This document shows, piece by piece, positions 8,407-17,827 of a stretch of DNA of 64,000 nucleotides. Each line of letters starts with the position of its first letter. Positions within the stretch are counted from its first letter, which is position 1. The translations under genes and the position numbers were made by a program. The notes below the pieces were generated by a model, which saw only the letters and a program-made list of their open reading frames with translations, had not been told where the DNA came from and searched no databases. Source of the DNA: a bacterium (GTDB taxonomy: Bacteria > Electryoneota > Electryoneia > Electryoneales > Electryoneaceae); the NCBI GenBank assembly GCA_963669175.1, contig OY769902.1, positions 2,496,001 through 2,560,000 on the forward strand, given 5' to 3'.

Positions 8407-9819
8407 CTATTTCCCGTTCTGTCCGTTTCCGTTGTAATGCTCTTCCAGCGCTTTTTCACGCTTTTTGGGATTGATCCGGCTTTCCAGTTCGTTGATTATA
8501 TCTTCCAGTGTTTCAATCCCGGCCGCACGACGTGAGGCTTCGCTACGTTTCCGCATCCATTTCTTCAGCCATATCCATGTCTTTTCACCCGGCCATTCCC
8601 ATTCAGTTCCCGACGCGCCGGCAAGGACATCGTCCACTTCCTGCAATGAGATAGTCGCCGGATCTCGCGACAAGAGAATCGTCATCTCATTATCGCCGGC
8701 CCTTTGGATCAAATGACCACAACGCAGTTTTTCCGCGATTTCTTCTGCAACTTTCGGAGGAACACTGAACCGTGCGCTCCATTCGCCCAGCATCACATCA
8801 CGCCTGATACCACGAAAAGCGGAGGTCGCTTCGGTCAGCATAAGATAAGCCAGCGCGTCATGCTGGTTCCGTGAGAAAGTATAGTTCTTTCTCTTGGTGA
8901 GCAGGAGGGAGTAATGCTGTGTAACGAAACTGATCTCGACACCAATGAGCAGCACTTGCCAGGCGAGATTGATCCAGATCAGGATCAGGGGAAGCACTGC
9001 CATGGAACCGTAGATGACGTCGTACTGAACCAGACGTCCGGTATAGGCAATGAACCCCTGCTTCACGGTTTCGTATAACACACCGGCTACAATAGCGCCG
9101 AGCAGAGCTGCCCGGTTTCGGACAGAGGTCTTCGGCAGAAACCGGTATAACAGGAAGAAGCTCAATGTGACCAGCAGAAACGGTACCAACTGGTTTAATA
9201 ATGACTGGGCAAAGGTTATTCGCTCTACTGCCTGGTGAACCATGGGTAAGGCGCGTATATAAGTTGAAACGGCAAAGGAACCGACGATAAAAATTGGAAT
9301 GATTGTAACCAGTCCCCAGTAAACCGGCAGACGTTTTAATCCACCAGTTTTGGCGTTGATGCCCCAAATGCTGTTAAAGGTGGATTCAATCCCGGAGAAG
9401 ATGGCATAGACAGCCACAACCAGCATGACCACACCAATCCCGCCGAGGGTAGCGCTGCCTGCGTTGTCGATGACCTGTTCAATCGTTTCAACAACCTTCG
9501 GGCCACTGCCCGGGGCGAGGGTCGCCAGAATGAACGGGCGAATTGATTCATCGAACCACTTGGACCCGCCAAAAAGTTTGAAAACACTGAAGGAAATGAC
9601 CAGCAGCGGGATTAACGATAACAGGGTAGCGTAAGTCAGCCCCATGCTGCGTAGCATCAGACGGTCGGCGATGAACTCGCGTGCCGTTATCACAATAAAA
9701 CGGACCACACGAATGAGTACTCGTGAGAACGGTGACGAAACATTATCGTGGGTTTCGTCAAAGATGTTGATCGAGCGTAACGCTCCAACTTTGTCTTTTA
9801 GCAGCATGGACACACTCAT
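8407..9819 (-). CDS. YihY/virulence factor BrkB family membrane protein with C-terminal Rrf2-like wHTH
   Basis: LTYATLLSLIP, IESTFNSIWG, IYGSMAVLPLILIWI; C-terminal LSRDPATISLQEV. Confidence 0.85.
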   Translation of the reverse strand: MSVSMLLKDKVGALRSINIFDETHDNVSSPFSRVLIRVVRFIVITAREFIADRLMLRSMGLTYATLLSLIPLLVISFSVFKLFGGSKWFDESIRPFILATLAPGSGPKVVETIEQVIDNAGSATLGGIGVVMLVVAVYAIFSGIESTFNSIWGINAKTGGLKRLPVYWGLVTIIPIFIVGSFAVSTYIRALPMVHQAVERITFAQSLLNQLVPFLLVTLSFFLLYRFLPKTSVRNRAALLGAIVAGVLYETVKQGFIAYTGRLVQYDVIYGSMAVLPLILIWINLAWQVLLIGVEISFVTQHYSLLLTKRKNYTFSRNQHDALAYLMLTEATSAFRGIRRDVMLGEWSARFSVPPKVAEEIAEKLRCGHLIQRAGDNEMTILLSRDPATISLQEVDDVLAGASGTEWEWPGEKTWIWLKKWMRKRSEASRRAAGIETLEDIINELESRINPKKREKALEEHYNGNGQNGK

Positions 9820-9858
9820 ACCGGAACATGCACTGTTAAGGCGTCTGATTGCAAGGGA

Positions 9859-11127
9859 TCAGGCCGATTTATCCACACGGTCGAACATGATCACCGCCGA
9901 CTCCCGAGCATGAGCGATAATCTCCTCTTCGCCTTCGATTTCGCGATGCCGCATAAGCAACGCGCCATCACAAACAACACTGTCCACCACAGAACCACCG
10001 GCAGCGTATACGAGCTGGCTGGTCAGGTTGTGAAGCGGCACCATCTCGGGACGGTTCTGGTCAATCAGGATGAAGTCCGCAGCAGCGCCAACCTTGATCT
10101 CATGGTTGTTCAAGCCGAAGAACTCGGACGATGCTTCAGTAGCCATGCGAATGGCTTCTGTTGCGGGCAGTGCGGTGGGATCGACATCAACCTGCTTTTG
10201 CAGTAGCGCCGCGACCTTCATGGTCTCGAACATGTCCAGGTTATTGTTTGAACCTGCCCCGTCCGTAGCCAATGCCATCCGGGCTCCGGCTTTTTGCAGT
10301 CGGGCATGGGGGAATGCGCCACCGACGGCCAGTTTCATGTTGCTGATCGGGTTGTGGGCGCAAAGGACACGGTTCGCCGCCAGTAACTCAACATCCTCAT
10401 CGGTCAGGTTTACCGTATGGGCCGCGACCATCCGTTCCGACAGGCAACCCAGGGTCTGGAGATATACGACCGGAGTCAGCCCATGTTTCGCCTGGCAGTC
10501 GCTGACTTCCTGTGTTGTTTCAGACAGGTGGATGTGCAGCGGAATGTTCTTATCTGCCGTAAACTCAGCCGCCCAGCGAAGTGAATCACCTGAAACCGTA
10601 TAAATGGCATGCGGCGCAACCGCAAACTGAATACGGTTTGAGTATTGCGAGGATTCCTCGTAAAGACGTTGGTTCAGTTCGCGTTGTTTTTTCGCCTGTT
10701 CCGGGTTGTCCATGTCGAGAAATACAGCAGACAGGCAGGCTTTCATGCCCATTTCGTCAACGGCCTTTGCCACTGCACGCAGATCCCAGTACATATCGTT
10801 AAAGAATACGGTACCTGAACGGATCATCTCGAGCATGGCCAGTTTTGTGCCCCAATAAATCTCTTCCGCCTGAATCCTGGTTTCGTAGGGCCAGACACGA
10901 TTCTGTAACCATTCCATAAGGGGAAGGTCATCTCCGTTGCCACGAAACAACGTCATGGCGGCGTGGGTGTGAGCGTTGTTCATGGGCGGGTGGGCGATCA
11001 TTCCATGACCGTCAAAAACCTCATCTGCGGCCAGCTCTTCACCAATCGCCGTAATTTTTCCGTCATGGCAGAAGATGCTAGTCTTCTTCCCATCTAACAG
11101 TATGTTATCAACACGTAATGTCGGCAT
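9859..11127 (-). CDS. MtaD-like amidohydrolase (MTA/SAH deaminase family)
   Basis: NAHTHAAM, PHAIY, HIHLSET, ATDGAGSNN metal-binding motifs; start moved to MPTLRV. Confidence 0.88.
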   Translation of the reverse strand: MPTLRVDNILLDGKKTSIFCHDGKITAIGEELAADEVFDGHGMIAHPPMNNAHTHAAMTLFRGNGDDLPLMEWLQNRVWPYETRIQAEEIYWGTKLAMLEMIRSGTVFFNDMYWDLRAVAKAVDEMGMKACLSAVFLDMDNPEQAKKQRELNQRLYEESSQYSNRIQFAVAPHAIYTVSGDSLRWAAEFTADKNIPLHIHLSETTQEVSDCQAKHGLTPVVYLQTLGCLSERMVAAHTVNLTDEDVELLAANRVLCAHNPISNMKLAVGGAFPHARLQKAGARMALATDGAGSNNNLDMFETMKVAALLQKQVDVDPTALPATEAIRMATEASSEFFGLNNHEIKVGAAADFILIDQNRPEMVPLHNLTSQLVYAAGGSVVDSVVCDGALLMRHREIEGEEEIIAHARESAVIMFDRVDKSA

Positions 11128-11324
11128 GGTTGTTTTCCCGGTACGTATCGTTGGTTGTGTAAACTGGAGACGATTCAGGATAGCTGTTGTCTTTTGTTCA
11201 ATCGGACTGCTGCGCACCTTGAATGGTCAATTCCCAAATATCCCGAATATAGGCCGAAGAGAAGGATAGAAAAAGGAGTAGCTCCTGATCGGATAAGGTT
11301 ATGTTCGAAAGCGGTTTCAGTTTA

Positions 11325-11409
11325 TCGCTGAGATACTGCCTTTTACCTCTATGATACTGCCTTTTGCCGCTGAGGTTATTGCCCTATACTGCTGAACCAT
11401 TGCCTTTTG
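11325..11409. repeat. Four degenerate 21-22 bp tandem repeats
   Basis: tcgctgagatactgcctttta / cctctatgatactgccttttg / ccgctgaggttattgccctata / ctgctgaaccattgccttttg. Confidence 0.65.
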
Positions 11410-11411
11410 AT

Positions 11412-11437
11412 GTCATCCCCGAGCATGACCGGGGATC
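11412..11437. repeat. GTCATCCCC...GGGGATC palindromic REP-like unit
   Basis: Related copies at 41146-41191, 45912-45938, 49711-49737, 49873-49913, 50448-50473, and half-sites at 56786 and 57209. Confidence 0.7.
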
Positions 11438-11445
11438 GCACTGAC

Positions 11446-11765
11446 GCGAAAAATGGGACTGTTACCTTTTCATGTCTTCGAATACAGGACACTCAAACCA
11501 TTATTAATGAAAAGGTAACTGTACCAGATTTTTCGCATGTATTCCAATTGATGCCAAGACTGGGTGGCCCGAGCCGCAAGTGATTCAATTCCCACTTCAT
11601 CGTTGTCAGTGAGTATTCCACTGATCCCAAGTTGGAAAATGTCGGTACAGCTACCTTTTCCGCTTATTCCTGAGGCCGCGGTTATGTATTACTCACAGAC
11701 AGCATGCGTAATTCACAATTGTCTACTTCTATACAAGCGGAAAAGAGTAGCAGTCCCCATTTTCC
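11446..11765. repeat. Two REPIN-like palindromes (11446-11536, 11634-11765), inverted copies of those at 5055-5293
   Basis: 11448-11536 equals the reverse complement of 5205-5293 with 3 mismatches in 89 nt; arms of 11634-11765 resemble the reverse complement of the 5055-5177 arms. Confidence 0.85.
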
Positions 11766-11781
11766 GCCAGGAAGCGCGTCT

Positions 11782-14700
11782 TTACTTCAAATACACCATC
11801 CGTTGCGTGTATATCCCGTGTCCTTCCACCCTCATCTGGATGAAATAGATGCCGCTGGCGATGTTGCTTTCCGTTGTGAACAGCACATCGTGATAGCCGG
11901 ATGTCACCTGCCGGTTGATCAGCGTGGTGACCTCACGTCCCAGGATATCATAGACAACCATGCGTACATCCGCTGTCTCGGGCAGATAATAGGGGATACG
12001 AGTGACCGAGTTGAACGGATTCGGCCAGGGAGTATTCAGGATACAGGTTTGAGGAAGTGATGTTGTATTCTTTATCTCTTCAACCGGAGTATGGTGTCTG
12101 ACATGAAGCGAGATTTCAGTTTCCATTTCCAGGGTGTTGTGTTCCAACAGTACTTTGCCCCAGGAGTTGCGTAAATCAAAGCAGTAGAAGGTGATCGGAA
12201 CAGTAGCGGATTCATCCGGTGCAAGGCTTAGGTGACTGGTTCCCAGGCTTGCCCAGGGAAACCACACACCCAGGTTCCAGTATTGCAAACGACACGGTAT
12301 GGAATCCGTTTCGCTTTGAAGCAAACCTGCAAGGATGAATTGCATTGGAAAGTCATCATGGCGTTGTTCAATCACAGTCAGGTCAATAACATTGAATTCA
12401 TCATCCACTTCCGGTAGGAGTCCCAAATCGATGATGTCATGTGTAAACGGACTGTACTTGTAAAGTCTGTTACTGACACTATCCGTTGTGGAACCCACCA
12501 TATAAAGCGGGTACCCGTCAGGATCGCCCCAAAGCCAGGCAAGGCCGTCTATGTACAGATCGAGATCATGCTGCGTCAGGATTGTTCCAGTATCATCAAA
12601 TCGAACAAGTATGCCGTTCTCCTGAATTCCCCAGAACAAGTCTCGACCGCCCCTGTAGCCGGGAGAATCAATTTCGCAGACTGCGCGAAGTGGTGTCTCC
12701 AGGTTTATTTCGGTTGTACGGCTATAATCATACAAGTACACACCGAACAATCCAAAGGAGGTCAATGCATACGAATAGCATCCATTGTTTGTCATATCCT
12801 TTCCGCCCAGCGGCCAGGTTTGATAGTCGGGAAGCTCAAACATGCGACCTGCTATATTGATGTAATCCGGTCCATTTTCATATCCCATGGCAAAATTAGA
12901 GATATAGGATCGGCTGCAATCGATACCGCGAATAACCGCTGAATCAAGTACAACGTCTTCCTGGTACAATACTTCCAGAAAATCAAACGTGTCATTTGCG
13001 ACTGAGGAGATTGAAAGTGCTACTTCAAGTTGTGAAGAACCCGGATTTGAGATTTCCAGATTCTCGATTGTCTCCTCAGGATAGTAGTCATAGAAATGAG
13101 CTTCAAGACTTTCCGGTTCAACTTCAATCAAAGCCCCTGCGATTTCCGCATTGGCATTGGCTGTCTGCCCTTCAGAAATATTGATATTATTGACAATTAC
13201 TTCCGGCAGGGGGGGGATTATAAAACGGACAGAATAGCCGCCGGTTTGCGCTTCGAAAGAGTAGTGTCCATCGGCATCGGTATAGGCATGACGTCTGGGG
13301 CGCTGAACCATCTCCACCCGTACACCTTCCATACCTTCGCCCGTGTTCACGTCAATAACGGTACCACTCAGGGTTCCCATGGGAACCGGGATCGCGTCCA
13401 GCGCAGCGATGACATCAATCAACCCCGCGCCGAACGTGTTGTCTTTGCCCTCGTCGCCAAGGTCAACCGCGTAGGTTTCAAGCAGAGAATCCAGCTCAAC
13501 CGGGGTAAGGTCCGGGTTCTTGGACAACAACAGGGCGCAGGCTCCAGCGCCATGCGGGCAGGCCATGGAGGTCATGCCGAAAGTGGTATATCCCTGGTCA
13601 TTGTTTCGCGCAATGGTTCTGCCGCTGGATGCCGGCGCTCCGAGGTCAGGTTTGATCAGGCCGTCATGTACATCGTCCAGCAGATAATCAAAAAACGGAT
13701 CAACTGTCTGCCAGGTAACGGGACCACGGCTTGAAGCTGCCAGAACCTCGTTGCTTTGCGTGGTGCCGCCTATGGTAATCAGGCCGCTTCGCGTACCCTG
13801 TTCAGTCTCTGAGGGATGACGCCAGGGTGACGGTACATCACCGGGAACCGAGATGGAACCCGGCGGATCAATGTCACTCCTGTTGCCGGCTGATTTCACG
13901 CTGATAATCCCGCCTGCGAGAAGTGTGTTGTAATTATTTCGCCAGACAGGACGATCCTCCGGGTTAGGATTCCCCCAGCCAAGTGACATACTGGAAACAT
14001 CAACGCCGTGCTGAAGCTCAAAATCCTGCGCCAGCCATGTATCTGTCACGACACCGGAACCGAGATTGCTGCGAACACGCAGGACCATCAATGTCGCTCC
14101 CGGGGCAACGCCTGTCGTATCGCCCGCGCTGCCATCACCACAAAGAATCCCTGCCGCTGAGCTTCCATGACCATCGGTGTCGGTAGGGTCATTGTCGTCA
14201 TCGAAAAAATCCCAGCCGTGGCACGGGTATTCTTCGCCGCCGTCCCAAAGATGGTTAATCATATCATCGTGATCCCAGTTGACACCGGTATCGATGATCG
14301 CAACCAGGATTCTTGCACCGGTATAGCCGTCACGCCGCGCTTCAACCGCGCCAATACGTTCAAGGTTCCAGCTTGGTTCATCCAGTTCATCCAGATCGTC
14401 GCAGACAACCGGTTCCTCAACCGGGTAAGTGCGCAGAGCGTTGTCGTTGACCTGGTACACATCTTCACGTTGTGCGATCTGTTGAAGGACTTCAGGATCG
14501 GCACGAAGTGCAATCCCATTGCAGATGCGGATACTCTCAATCTCCGCGACACGCCCCGCTGCTTCCATGTCTCCCAGGTAAAAAAGCAGGTCCGCCTGGC
14601 TCCGCCTGGCCAGCTTATCAAGCTCATGCCAGACAATAGCGGAACGGTCGTTGCGGGTGAGGTGGTTCACGAGAGATGACAGGTATTCCGGATCAGGACG

Positions 14701-14853
14701 TTCACGCATCAGGATATAGGCAGGGACCAGCTCTTCAGGTTGCGCTGTTTGAAGCGCCCGTTGCAGAGCAGGGCTGATACTTCCTGCGCAAGCCGAAGAT
14801 ACTGTAATGAAGATGAGTATCAGCGTAATAAAGGTTGTCGAAAGACGTGCCAT
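11782..14853 (-). CDS. Secreted S8 (subtilisin-like) peptidase with carboxypeptidase-regulatory-like domain and C-terminal sorting domain
   Basis: Signal peptide; IIDTG, GHGS, SAGN, TSMACPH; WPNPFNS...YDILGR CTD. ATG 14853 follows GGAGG. Confidence 0.88.
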   Translation of the reverse strand: MARLSTTFITLILIFITVSSACAGSISPALQRALQTAQPEELVPAYILMRERPDPEYLSSLVNHLTRNDRSAIVWHELDKLARRSQADLLFYLGDMEAAGRVAEIESIRICNGIALRADPEVLQQIAQREDVYQVNDNALRTYPVEEPVVCDDLDELDEPSWNLERIGAVEARRDGYTGARILVAIIDTGVNWDHDDMINHLWDGGEEYPCHGWDFFDDDNDPTDTDGHGSSAAGILCGDGSAGDTTGVAPGATLMVLRVRSNLGSGVVTDTWLAQDFELQHGVDVSSMSLGWGNPNPEDRPVWRNNYNTLLAGGIISVKSAGNRSDIDPPGSISVPGDVPSPWRHPSETEQGTRSGLITIGGTTQSNEVLAASSRGPVTWQTVDPFFDYLLDDVHDGLIKPDLGAPASSGRTIARNNDQGYTTFGMTSMACPHGAGACALLLSKNPDLTPVELDSLLETYAVDLGDEGKDNTFGAGLIDVIAALDAIPVPMGTLSGTVIDVNTGEGMEGVRVEMVQRPRRHAYTDADGHYSFEAQTGGYSVRFIIPPLPEVIVNNINISEGQTANANAEIAGALIEVEPESLEAHFYDYYPEETIENLEISNPGSSQLEVALSISSVANDTFDFLEVLYQEDVVLDSAVIRGIDCSRSYISNFAMGYENGPDYINIAGRMFELPDYQTWPLGGKDMTNNGCYSYALTSFGLFGVYLYDYSRTTEINLETPLRAVCEIDSPGYRGGRDLFWGIQENGILVRFDDTGTILTQHDLDLYIDGLAWLWGDPDGYPLYMVGSTTDSVSNRLYKYSPFTHDIIDLGLLPEVDDEFNVIDLTVIEQRHDDFPMQFILAGLLQSETDSIPCRLQYWNLGVWFPWASLGTSHLSLAPDESATVPITFYCFDLRNSWGKVLLEHNTLEMETEISLHVRHHTPVEEIKNTTSLPQTCILNTPWPNPFNSVTRIPYYLPETADVRMVVYDILGREVTTLINRQVTSGYHDVLFTTESNIASGIYFIQMRVEGHGIYTQRMVYLK

Positions 14854-15026
14854 GAGTCCCTCCACTCCTGAACAGTCAGACAAAGCATGTGACCCTGATT
14901 TTCGGCAGTCAAGGAAAGCGCGTATAGAAAGTAGCGCCTGGATCAGGCATTTGACGGCAGAGATAACCTGTTACCAGTAAAATAGCATAAAGGAAAGGGG
15001 GAGGGGCAAGTCGGACAGGGAGCGAA

Positions 15027-15572
15027 TTACAATCCGACAATCTTCATGAGGTGCGGAAAGACACGCACGATTTCCAAATCAATGATATCGGCAATTTCAC
15101 GGAAAGTACGATCACTCCCGATGGTCGGGTCCGGAATATCGCCGAGCGGGTTGGGATCACCATTGCGTTTAAAGTCGGTCAGACGGAAAACACGTCCGCG
15201 GGTTCTTGGAAAACGCTCCATGACCCTTTCAGTGTGTCGGTTTTCCATGGTAAGGATGAGATCAGCCTGACGTTCCATCTTGATGTTGAATGGCACGGCA
15301 ACGAATCCCCGGATATCCAACGCTCGTTCCCAGGCGACCCTGTTGATCTCAGGCAGCGGAGTAGACCCTTTCATGGTATGAATGCCTGCGCCAAGAATCT
15401 GGAAGGGGATGGTATCTTTCCGGGGTGAATTTCCGTTAAAAAACCACTCGTCCAGTAGCAGCGACTCGAGCCGGGAAACAGCATAGGGACTGCGTGCACG
15501 GTTGGCCGTACAAACGATGACAATCCTGAAGGGGCGATGGCGACGAACTACTTTTGAAAAGAAATTGACCAT
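15027..15572 (-). CDS. Low-molecular-weight protein phosphatase / ArsC-fold protein
   Basis: P-loop VCTANRARSP, ADLILTME, DIPDP. Confidence 0.85.
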   Translation of the reverse strand: MVNFFSKVVRRHRPFRIVIVCTANRARSPYAVSRLESLLLDEWFFNGNSPRKDTIPFQILGAGIHTMKGSTPLPEINRVAWERALDIRGFVAVPFNIKMERQADLILTMENRHTERVMERFPRTRGRVFRLTDFKRNGDPNPLGDIPDPTIGSDRTFREIADIIDLEIVRVFPHLMKIVGL

Positions 15573-15778
15573 TTATGTCTTGTATGTATCTTACGTAAGC
15601 GAAACCCATAATAAGGAAAAAGGACGAAGAATTCTAGATTTACAGTTGAGCGAGGCTCTTGAAGAACCTGCCATGAGCCACTATACTCTCTTGTATCCTA
15701 TTTGCTTGCATCCTATTTTGCCGTCTATCCTCAGTTGATTCCATGTGAAAAGATACCATACCGATCAACATACGCAAG

Positions 15779-17827
15779 ATGGAGGGAATTTTGGAACGAT
15801 CTAAAAAGCTGTGGCGGTCATTACTGTTGCTGGTGCTGCCGCTACTTCCCATCATTGCCCTGGCGCAAAACCTGCCTCCGGGCGAAACCCCACCGCTGAC
15901 TGCAATTGACCTGATTGAACAGGCAGGTTGTGCGGATGATTACGATGCGGATTACCTGATTGTAAAGGATGAAGCGATCAACCGGATGAAGGACACCGGT
16001 GTTACCTATGTTGACAGCTATATCCTTTATAAGGTATTAACACCGGAAGGCGCAAAGAATCTTTCCGTGCTGCGCTGGAATTACGATCCGCAATCCAGCT
16101 TTGTCCGGGTTGAGGAAGTGAACATCATCCGTAATGGCGAGAAGATTCCGGTTGATATCACTACCGTACATGACCTCCCTGCGCCACAACGCTCCATTTA
16201 CTGGTCGGACCGGATGCAGGCGCTGCAATTGCCGAGGTTGTACCCTGGCGACGGCATTGAGATCAAGGTCTTCAAGAAGGGGTATACGTACGCGTTGCTC
16301 GATAACAGCGCTCCAAGCGATGACAAGTACATCCCGCCAATGCGTGGCGAATACTTCGATATCGTGCTGTTCGAGGCAGATGTGCCGACCCTGGAAAAGA
16401 AGTACATGCTGGTGATGCCACGTAAGCGTGAAGGCAATGGCGAAGACCGCAGGCTACAGGCTGAAGTATACAACGGCACTGTCTACAGCAGTGTTCGTTA
16501 CACCGCTGACAGCACGTACTATGCATGGTGGGATTTTGATATTGCTCCCACGGTACATGAACCTCGCCAGCCTGATCAAGCGGATTACGGCACCAAGGTT
16601 GTCATGTCCACAGCCGAAAGCTGGGAAGCGAAAAGCCGCTGGTTCTTCGGCGTAAACCAGAACCAGTTCGACCCGGATCAAGCGATTATCGACAAGGTAA
16701 ATGAGATCTTCGCCGAAGCCGGGATTAGCAACGGCACAGAAGAACAGAAAGCATTTGCGCTGGTTCACTGGGTAGCGCAGAACATCCGCTACAGTGGGCA
16801 GACCATGGGCGCCGGTGAAGGTTTCACCCTTCATGCCGGGACAATGGTGTTTGAACAACGTCATGGTGTCTGCAAGGATATCGCATCCATGCTGATTACG
16901 ATGATGCGCGCTGCCAACATGGACAGCTACGCAGCCATGACCATGGCCGGAAGCCGTATCGAAGACCTCCCGGCCGACCAGTTCAACCACAGTGTCTGCG
17001 CCTTGCGAAAGGCAGATGGCAGTGGATTTGAGATGTACGATCCTACCTGGGTGCCTTACAACCATAATATCTGGTCACGTCTTGAGACCGAACAGAACTA
17101 CCTGATCGGCACGCCTGAAGGCGAGGACATGGACACCATCGCCTACAGTCCGCCGAACGAATCGCCGCTGCATGTCAAGCACACGGCGAAAATCCTTGAA
17201 GATGGCACCCTGGAAGGTTCTTTCCGCTTTGATGGGGAAGGGGCGCTGGATTCACGTCTGCACCGTCTTGTGAACCGTAAGCTTACTTCACTTCAGGATT
17301 ATCTGGGCAGTATACTTGCACCTATCAGTGACAAGATCGAAAATGTTTCCTGGAAGTATCACGGCTTGGAAGACTTCAGCCGTGGCATGTGGGTGGAGAT
17401 GAGCTACCGTGTGCCTCAGTTTGCGCTTCCGATTGAAGACGGTTTTGAGTTCAAGAGTCCGATGATGCAGGTTATCCCCGGTCATACCTATTTGTTCCGT
17501 GCGGCTGAAACGCATTGGGATGAAGAACGTACCACCGATGTATTCCTTTATTATACCCAGTATGTTGACGCGGAAGAAAACATCTCGCTGCCAAAGGGGT
17601 ACAGCCTGGCCGATACACCGATGGCGGAAGAGCTGGATGAGACCTTCGCGTCCTTCAAGGGATGGAGTGAAACCAGCCGTAAAAAAGGTATGACCGTGCA
17701 TATGCAGGCCAAGGTCAAACGACGTCAGATCCCACCGGATCAATTCCCCGGATTCTACAAGGTGATGGAGGCTATTGGAGACTGGTCCGATCAAGTATAC
17801 CGCATTGAGAAAGGAGGTGCGCGATGA
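15779..17827 (+). CDS. DUF3857 + transglutaminase-like protein, catalytic triad intact
   Basis: Signal peptide; WVAQNIRY, GVCKD (Cys), FNHS (His), YDPT (Asp). Confidence 0.85.
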   Translation: MEGILERSKKLWRSLLLLVLPLLPIIALAQNLPPGETPPLTAIDLIEQAGCADDYDADYLIVKDEAINRMKDTGVTYVDSYILYKVLTPEGAKNLSVLRWNYDPQSSFVRVEEVNIIRNGEKIPVDITTVHDLPAPQRSIYWSDRMQALQLPRLYPGDGIEIKVFKKGYTYALLDNSAPSDDKYIPPMRGEYFDIVLFEADVPTLEKKYMLVMPRKREGNGEDRRLQAEVYNGTVYSSVRYTADSTYYAWWDFDIAPTVHEPRQPDQADYGTKVVMSTAESWEAKSRWFFGVNQNQFDPDQAIIDKVNEIFAEAGISNGTEEQKAFALVHWVAQNIRYSGQTMGAGEGFTLHAGTMVFEQRHGVCKDIASMLITMMRAANMDSYAAMTMAGSRIEDLPADQFNHSVCALRKADGSGFEMYDPTWVPYNHNIWSRLETEQNYLIGTPEGEDMDTIAYSPPNESPLHVKHTAKILEDGTLEGSFRFDGEGALDSRLHRLVNRKLTSLQDYLGSILAPISDKIENVSWKYHGLEDFSRGMWVEMSYRVPQFALPIEDGFEFKSPMMQVIPGHTYLFRAAETHWDEERTTDVFLYYTQYVDAEENISLPKGYSLADTPMAEELDETFASFKGWSETSRKKGMTVHMQAKVKRRQIPPDQFPGFYKVMEAIGDWSDQVYRIEKGGAR

